DNA of 24,000 nucleotides from Dechloromonas aromatica (nom. nud.) (GTDB lineage: Bacteria > Pseudomonadota > Gammaproteobacteria > Burkholderiales > Rhodocyclaceae), in contig SFHR01000032.1 in the NCBI GenBank assembly GCA_004555545.1, forward strand, positions 16,161-40,160, in the 5' to 3' direction. Shown here piece by piece: positions 18,660 to 24,000 of the stretch. Every line of letters starts with the position of its first letter. Position 1 is the stretch's first letter. Made by a program: the position numbers and the translations under genes. The notes below the pieces were generated by a model. That model ran no database searches, had not been told where the DNA came from, and saw only the letters and a program-made list of their open reading frames with translations.

Positions 18660-19952
18660 ATGTCTGCAAACAATTTTTTATCAGAACAAGTTTTCACTAA
18701 AAATAAACATAATTTACATAATTCTAACGCAAATTTTCCACGAGAAATCGCTTTAATTTTGCAGGTTGATTTTGATAGCGACAAAGTTCAAGCCGCTTTA
18801 AAATTACAAGAATTACAATTACTCACAGAATCCGCCGGAGCAGAAGTAGCCGAAAAAATTATCGTAAATCGCAGCGTGGCAAATCCAAAATTTTTCATAG
18901 GTTCTGGCAAAGTTGAGGAAATCAAAATTTTAATCGCTGCCAAAAATATAAATTTGTTAATCGTAAATCACAATTTATCACCGGCTCAAGAACGCAATTT
19001 GGAGCGAGAATTAAAAATTCGCGTGATTGATAGAAATGCTTTAATTTTAGATATTTTTGCTCAACGTGCCGCCACTGCGGACGGGCGTTTGCAAGTAGAA
19101 TTAGCACAATTACAGCATTTATCAACTCGTTTAGTTCGCGGTTGGACGCATTTGGAACGTCAAAAAGGCGGAATCGGCTTACGTGGGCCCGGCGAAAGTC
19201 AGTTGGAAACGGATAGACGTTTGTTAAATCAGCGAATTATATTTTTGAAACAAAAATTAGCCAAATTATCAAAACAACGGAGAACGCAGAATTTTTCCAG
19301 ATTTGATAGCAATAAAAATTTTGCAATTTTAAATGTTGCATTTATCGGCTACACAAATACCGGAAAATCAACGCTTTTCAACGCTCTGACGAAAGCGAAT
19401 GTTTATTCGGCAAATCAATTATTTGCCACACTTGATACAACGGCTCGGCGTTTATGGTTGGCAGATTCGCAAAGTCAGGCAATTGTTGCTGATACAGTTG
19501 GTTTTATACGTGATTTGCCACATAGTTTGATTAACGCATTCCACGCCACTTTGGAGGCAACTTGTTATGCAGATGTTTTGTTGCACGTGATAGATTTTTC
19601 TTCAGCAATGAAAGATGCAGAAATCAAAGCGGTCAATGAAGTTTTACAAGAAATAAATAATGATATTGGCAGTCAAATTCCGCCACAGATTTTGGTTTTC
19701 AACAAAATAGATTTGGCGATAAGCAATGAAAGAGATTTGCAAGAAAAGTTGTCACAGAATTTTGAAAATATTCAAAACGTAAATTTAGACGCTTTGGATC
19801 CGTTAATTCCAAACGTTTATGTGAGTGCTAAACAAAAATTAGGGTTAGAAAATCTGAAATTATTGTTAGCAAAATTTGCCTTACAGAAAATGCGTAAAAA
19901 TAATAAAAATTCAGAAAATGATGAAAATGCAGATTTTCCACGAGAAATCTAA
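18660..19952 (+). CDS. hflX: GTPase HflX
   Basis: 430-aa ORF with the HflX N-terminal domain (FAQRAATADGRLQVELAQLQH, GPGESQLETDRR). G1 GYTNTGKST, G3 DTVGF, G4 NKID. Confidence 0.9.
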   Translation: MSANNFLSEQVFTKNKHNLHNSNANFPREIALILQVDFDSDKVQAALKLQELQLLTESAGAEVAEKIIVNRSVANPKFFIGSGKVEEIKILIAAKNINLLIVNHNLSPAQERNLERELKIRVIDRNALILDIFAQRAATADGRLQVELAQLQHLSTRLVRGWTHLERQKGGIGLRGPGESQLETDRRLLNQRIIFLKQKLAKLSKQRRTQNFSRFDSNKNFAILNVAFIGYTNTGKSTLFNALTKANVYSANQLFATLDTTARRLWLADSQSQAIVADTVGFIRDLPHSLINAFHATLEATCYADVLLHVIDFSSAMKDAEIKAVNEVLQEINNDIGSQIPPQILVFNKIDLAISNERDLQEKLSQNFENIQNVNLDALDPLIPNVYVSAKQKLGLENLKLLLAKFALQKMRKNNKNSENDENADFPREI

Positions 19953-19980
19953 AAATTTTTTTGAAAATCTCGTGGAAAAA
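19934..19980. repeat. CCACGAG palindromic element, full copy 12, containing the hflX stop codon
   Basis: Cores at 19938-19944 and 19969-19975. The hflX frame reads the left arm as FPREI, then TAA. Confidence 0.9.
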
Positions 19981-20056
19981 ATTTAAAAATTTAAAAATTT
20001 AAAAATTTAAGAATTTAAAAAATTTTTAAAAATTTTTAAAAATTTTTAAAAATTTG
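19976..20056. repeat. compound tandem repeat: AAAAATTT (8 bp) x5, then AAAAATTTTT (10 bp) x3
   Basis: Read directly; abuts the -35 of the tRNA-Phe promoter, in a UP-element-like position. Confidence 0.85.
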
Positions 20057-20057
20057 C

Positions 20058-20085
20058 TTGACATTTATTTTTTTTAATGTATAAT
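20058..20085 (+). promoter_or_regulatory. consensus sigma70 promoter for tRNA-Phe
   Basis: TTGACA (20058-20063), 16-bp spacer, TATAAT (20080-20085) preceded by TG. The tRNA starts at 20103. Confidence 0.65.
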
Positions 20086-20102
20086 GCAAACTTTCTTTCA
20101 AA

Positions 20103-20178
20103 GGCCAATTAGCTCAGTTGGTAGAGCGGAGGACTGAAAATCCTTGTGTCCGTGGTTCGATTCCGCGATTGGCCACCA
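20103..20178 (+). tRNA. tRNA-Phe (anticodon GAA), encoded CCA
   Basis: Manual cloverleaf of 76 nt: acceptor GGCCAAT/ATTGGCC, D-arm GCTC-AGTTGGTA-GAGC, anticodon loop CTGAAAA, T-arm CGTGG-TTCGATT-CCGCG. Confidence 0.92.
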
Positions 20179-20204
20179 AATTTCTTCTGTTAAAGATAAT
20201 ATGT

Positions 20205-20241
20205 GCATTTACTAATATTTTTAAGTAAATGCTTTTTTTTT
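20205..20241 (+). terminator. Rho-independent terminator after tRNA-Phe
   Basis: Stem GCATTTACT (20205-20213) / AGTAAATGC (20224-20232) followed by a T9 run. Confidence 0.65.
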
Positions 20242-20249
20242 ATATTTTT

Positions 20250-20792
20250 ATGTCTGCGAATAACCCAACTAATAACACAATAATTAACGAAACTAACGAC
20301 AATGTTAGGTTAATAAAAAAATACCCAAATCGGCGTTTGTATGATACAAAAAATAGTGCTTATATAACTATTACAGAAATAAAAAATTTGGTGCTTACTT
20401 GCGAACCTTTTATAGTTTGTGATGCAAAAACAAATGAAGATTTGACGCGTAATATTTTGTTGCAAATAATATTAGAAGAAGAAAGCGGTTCAATGCCATT
20501 ATTTTCAAAAGAAATATTAAATAGTTTCATTCGTTTTTACGGCAGCACTATGCAAGGAATGTTTGTAAAGTATTTGGAAAATACTATGAATACTTTTTTA
20601 GATTTTCAAAGTAAATTACAAGGCGAAAATACTACGTTACAAAATGAATTTTGGACGCAATTTTTTACTATGCAAAAGTCATCATTACAAAATTTAATGA
20701 ATAGTTATATTGAGCAATATCAAACTATGTTTAGTTCATTAAAAACATTTGCGACTTTGCCGAATTTGGGTGAATTAGATAAACAAAAATAG
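20250..20792 (+). CDS. phaR: polyhydroxyalkanoate synthesis repressor PhaR
   Basis: RLIKKYPNRRLYDT...DAKTNEDLTRNILLQIILEEE is the PhaR N-terminal DNA-binding signature. ATG at 20250 preferred, because the ORF-track start overlaps the terminator. Confidence 0.85.
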   Translation: MSANNPTNNTIINETNDNVRLIKKYPNRRLYDTKNSAYITITEIKNLVLTCEPFIVCDAKTNEDLTRNILLQIILEEESGSMPLFSKEILNSFIRFYGSTMQGMFVKYLENTMNTFLDFQSKLQGENTTLQNEFWTQFFTMQKSSLQNLMNSYIEQYQTMFSSLKTFATLPNLGELDKQK

Positions 20793-20850
20793 TTATAATA
20801 AAAATATAATAATAATAATAATATAATTAAGTAAAAATAAATAAAATATT

Positions 20851-21537
20851 ATGAGTATAAGTGTAGCAAAAAATTTAGCATTGTTTGATTTAGATAATAC
20901 TTTATTATCATCAGATTCAGATTACTTATGGGGCGAATTTGCTTGTGAAAATAATATAGTTAATGCAACAGAATTCCGCAAAAAAAATAATGAATATATG
21001 CAACAATATCGGCAAGGAGTTTTGGATGCCGATGAGTTTGTGGCATTTCAGTTAAATGTTTTGACAAAATTTCCACGAGAAACCTTAAATAATTTTTATA
21101 AAGAATACTTTGATAACAAAATCAAACCGGTTATATTACCAAAAGGAATTGATTTGGTTCAGCGGCATTTACAAAATGGCGATTTGTGTGCGTTAGTTAG
21201 TGCAACAAATACTTTTATTACTGCTCCGATTGCCCGTTATTTTAAAATACCTTATTTGATTTGCACTACTGCCGAACAAAATATGGAAAACGGAAATTAT
21301 ACCGGCGAATGTATAGGTAAAAAATCATTTAGAGAAGGCAAAATTTTTCGCGTAGAACAATTTTTACAAAACTACGGATTATTTTGGGGAAGTTTTGAAA
21401 AAACATACTTTTATAGCGATTCATTTAATGATTTGCCATTGTTAAATAAAGTATCAAATCCAGTAGCAGTTAATCCAGATGCAAAACTATTAGAAGCGGC
21501 TCAAAAAAATAATTGGACTATTTTAGATTTGCGTTAA
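20851..21537 (+). CDS. HAD-IB family hydrolase (SerB-like phosphatase family)
   Basis: 228 aa. Motif I FDLDNTLL, motif II VSATN, and a C-terminal YSDSFNDLPLL aspartate motif. Confidence 0.8.
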   Translation: MSISVAKNLALFDLDNTLLSSDSDYLWGEFACENNIVNATEFRKKNNEYMQQYRQGVLDADEFVAFQLNVLTKFPRETLNNFYKEYFDNKIKPVILPKGIDLVQRHLQNGDLCALVSATNTFITAPIARYFKIPYLICTTAEQNMENGNYTGECIGKKSFREGKIFRVEQFLQNYGLFWGSFEKTYFYSDSFNDLPLLNKVSNPVAVNPDAKLLEAAQKNNWTILDLR

Positions 21538-21582
21538 TCTTATAGAATTTAGTATTTATCAAAAATAACAAAATTTAAGCAA

Positions 21583-21614
21583 AAATAATTAAATAATTAA
21601 ATAATTAAATAATA
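21583..21614. repeat. 8-bp tandem repeat AAATAATT x4
   Basis: Read directly, immediately upstream of the OMP gene start. Confidence 0.85.
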
Positions 21615-21619
21615 AAATA

Positions 21620-22897
21620 ATGATGAAAAAACACTTTATTTATACAATATTTTTGCTTTGTAATTTTGTTATTTTTATTTTTAATTTACAAAATTTATCA
21701 GCAGAAGAAAATGTAGAAAATATTTATACACAAGCATTGCAAGAAATAAAAAATAATGATTTACTACAAGCACAAATTTTATTAAATAAAGTTATAAAAC
21801 TTGATGCTAATCACGCCGGAGCAAAATTAGATTTGGCAATTTTACAATGCAAAATCGGCAATAAATTTCAAAGCGAAATATTATTAAAAGAATTAGAAAC
21901 AAAATATATATTAAGGCAAAATATAAAAAGTATTATTCAACAAATTCGCAATAGTTCTTGCAATGAAAATGATGCTAACAATAATAACAAAAATATCAAA
22001 AATGCATTTTGGTTAAAGTTGGCAGTTGGTTATGATACAAACATAAATCAAGGCACAACAAACCCTTTATTTGAAGCCAGTGACGGCAATCAAACTATCG
22101 TATTTATATTAGCTGATAATTTTGTAAAACACGGCGGAGTAAATTTTAATGTAAATGTCGGTTTTATGCACAAGATTAGTGATAGAAATGACAAAATTTT
22201 CGTTAAATTAAATACCAAAAATCATAATCACTATACTTATTTTAATACGGCAACTGGACAAATTTTATATCAAATGCCGGAATTTTATCTCGGTGCAAAT
22301 GATAATATAAAAATTACTTCTAATTTTGCTTATAATGTTATAAATTTGGACGCCAAACCATATTTATCACAGCAAAAATTTTCGCTTGGACTAACTCCGT
22401 TTTATGATAATAAAAATAATAATTTTCAGACAACTTTTGGCTTTAATTTAACGCGAAATACTTATAGAAATCTCAAAGCATATAATGCAAAAGTTTATGA
22501 ATTAAAAACAGATTTGAAGTATTCACAAAATAATTATTTGACAACACTAACGGCTGGAATTTTGTTTGATAAAGCAGAAAATAACCGTCCCGGCGGAAAT
22601 AAAAAAGGATTTTTTATTGCTGCAAATCATAAATACTCGCCACATAATAAATGGTTATTTGAAGTTTTTGCTCATTATCAAAAATGGAATTCTTCGCGTA
22701 TATATTTAGCGAATTTTATTCCACGCAAACGCAATCAAAAACTTTTTGCTTATGGCTTTACTGCTGATTATAGTGTGAATAAAAATAATAGTTTTGGTAT
22801 TGAATTTATGAATTTTAATAATCAAGAAAATATAAGTTTATTTGAGTATAAAAATAGATCATTACAATTATATTGGCAATATTATTTTGAAAAATAA
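21620..22897 (+). CDS. outer-membrane protein: signal peptide, TPR-like N-domain and ~14-strand beta-barrel (Slam/DUF560-like or YaiO-like)
   Basis: 425 aa. Hydrophobic signal sequence, a TPR-like helical ~100 aa (YTQALQEIKNNDLLQAQILLNKVIKLDANHAGAKLDLAILQCKIG), then about 14 alternating amphipathic aromatic-rich strands ending ...LQLYWQYYFEK. Confidence 0.55.
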   Translation: MMKKHFIYTIFLLCNFVIFIFNLQNLSAEENVENIYTQALQEIKNNDLLQAQILLNKVIKLDANHAGAKLDLAILQCKIGNKFQSEILLKELETKYILRQNIKSIIQQIRNSSCNENDANNNNKNIKNAFWLKLAVGYDTNINQGTTNPLFEASDGNQTIVFILADNFVKHGGVNFNVNVGFMHKISDRNDKIFVKLNTKNHNHYTYFNTATGQILYQMPEFYLGANDNIKITSNFAYNVINLDAKPYLSQQKFSLGLTPFYDNKNNNFQTTFGFNLTRNTYRNLKAYNAKVYELKTDLKYSQNNYLTTLTAGILFDKAENNRPGGNKKGFFIAANHKYSPHNKWLFEVFAHYQKWNSSRIYLANFIPRKRNQKLFAYGFTADYSVNKNNSFGIEFMNFNNQENISLFEYKNRSLQLYWQYYFEK

Positions 22898-22911
22898 AAA
22901 ATACTATAAAT

Positions 22912-23562
22912 TTACGGCAATCTTCCGGCTTCTATCATTTTATATTTGAGTTGATAAGGCGTAATCCAAATTACTTTATCATCAAAATTTTGGGTTTCTG
23001 CTTGGCTAACAAAATAAGTATCATTATTACTATTTTCTTGCTCATTACTATTAGCAGAATTTTTGCCACGTGCATTATGTAAAACAATCACGGAAGCCAC
23101 TTCTATGGCTAATTTATCATTTTTATTATTACTATCTGCCAAAATGTCTGCTAATGATTTTCTTACACTATCATTACCTTCACCGGTTGCCAAATTAAAA
23201 CTACAAAGTTCATCATCTTCCAAAGGTTTAGAAAACGCCACATTTACATAATAACTAATTGCATTTCCAAAGCGATCTGTTTTTGGAACTCCTAATAAAA
23301 CGCTTGGCAAAATTCCGTGCGTCAAATTACAATTTTCGCTTTGCAAATTATTTTCATTTTCTGCCGGACAAGGCAATCTCCCGTGAGTAATCGCAAAGCC
23401 GTATAAACTTTCTCTAATAGTATTTAATAAAATTTCGTCTTGTTGAGTTTTGTTATTTTTATAAATTGAATTTACTAATATCAAACTACTTCCTAACAAC
23501 AAGGAAATAACGCTTAAACTAATAACCAATTCTATTAAAGAAAAACCATTTTTTTTATACAT
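22912..23562 (-). CDS. prepilin-type N-terminal cleavage/methylation domain protein (type IV minor pilin or pseudopilin-like)
   Basis: MYKKNG|FSLIELVISLSVISLLL: class III signal with G-1, F+1 and E+5. 216 aa, with Cys pair in GRLPCPAENENNLQSENC. Confidence 0.8.
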   Translation of the reverse strand: MYKKNGFSLIELVISLSVISLLLGSSLILVNSIYKNNKTQQDEILLNTIRESLYGFAITHGRLPCPAENENNLQSENCNLTHGILPSVLLGVPKTDRFGNAISYYVNVAFSKPLEDDELCSFNLATGEGNDSVRKSLADILADSNNKNDKLAIEVASVIVLHNARGKNSANSNEQENSNNDTYFVSQAETQNFDDKVIWITPYQLKYKMIEAGRLP

Positions 23563-23563
23563 A

Positions 23564-23635
23564 TTTTTATTTTACTTTTTATTTTACTTTTTATTTTACT
23601 TTTTATTTTACTTTTTATTTTACTTTTTATTTTAC
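23564..23635. repeat. 12-bp tandem repeat TTTTTATTTTAC x6
   Basis: A C every 12 nt (23575 ... 23635), starting 2 nt upstream of the prepilin start codon. Confidence 0.9.
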
Positions 23636-23645
23636 TTCGCAACAA

Positions 23646-23692
23646 TTTTCCACGAGATTTCCAAAAAATTTTTTAGATTTCTCGTGGAAAAA
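23646..23692. repeat. CCACGAG palindromic element, full copy 13
   Basis: Cores at 23650-23656 and 23681-23687. Lies between the TonB-like gene stop and the prepilin gene. Confidence 0.9.
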
Positions 23693-23711
23693 TTGTATTT
23701 ATAAATAATAT

Positions 23712-24000
23712 TTAATTCAAACTAAATCTAACCGGCAAAATAAATTCTCGTGGAGCATTTTCTTCCAAACCTTTTATACTTTTTACTGCTTTTAACGCAG
23801 CATTATCTAAAATTTCATAACCGCTGGAATTTTCAACTCTGCTGATTATCACATTACCATTGTTATCTAAAAAAATTCTGACTTCTACCACGCCTTGAAT
23901 ATTATTTTGAATTGCTTCCAAAGGATAAAACAAATGCTGTTTTTTGAGTTTATTAAAATGCTTTGTAATTTGCTTTTGCCAATTATTTTTTGTAATTTCT
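23712..24000 (-). CDS. TonB C-terminal-domain protein (5' end outside the window)
   Basis: YPLEAIQNNIQGVVEVRIFLDNNGNVIISRVENSSGYEILDNAALKAVK fits the TonB_C fold signature. The frame stays open upstream of the ORF-track TTG start, to the window edge. Confidence 0.75.
   Translation of the reverse strand, partial: EITKNNWQKQITKHFNKLKKQHLFYPLEAIQNNIQGVVEVRIFLDNNGNVIISRVENSSGYEILDNAALKAVKSIKGLEENAPREFILPVRFSLN

Overview
AT-rich (about one-third G+C by eye) proteobacterial chromosomal segment. The content is mostly housekeeping: 22 protein genes and 2 tRNAs. On the + strand: tRNA-Leu, bamD, holA, a small Sel1-repeat gene, valS, flgC, ilvE, hflX, tRNA-Phe, phaR, a HAD hydrolase and a TPR+beta-barrel outer-membrane protein. 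On the - strand: miaA, a sigma54-type response regulator, proB, obg, an XRE regulator, a gmhA/diaA-like gene, ispG, purD, a Lys-rich protein, a hemerythrin histidine kinase, a prepilin-like gene and a TonB C-terminal-domain gene. From memory, the obg-proB linkage and overall protein similarity look betaproteobacterial, perhaps a reduced or host-associated genome; this is untested. No transposase, integrase, CRISPR or recognisable defence genes are visible. The most striking signal is non-genic: a highly conserved ~46-bp palindromic element (arms TTTTCCACGAGA / TCTCGTGGAAAA around an A5-6T5-7 centre). It has 13 full copies, 2 half copies and 6 isolated arms in 24 kb. It sits at almost every transcription-unit boundary, in-frame inside valS and obg, and across the stop codon of hflX. 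Almost every copy is flanked by locus-specific perfect short tandem arrays (5-12 bp units), and 3n-unit arrays also occur inside genes (NQ-type repeats, a repeated signal peptide). Other points worth a second look: an apparent +1 frameshift splitting the valS C-terminal coiled coil; an orphan flgC; a sigma54 activator with no DNA-binding domain in the obg-proB operon; an orphan hemerythrin histidine kinase; and an AT-richer, element-free cluster holding a Slam/DUF560-like OMP, an orphan prepilin and a TonB paralog.
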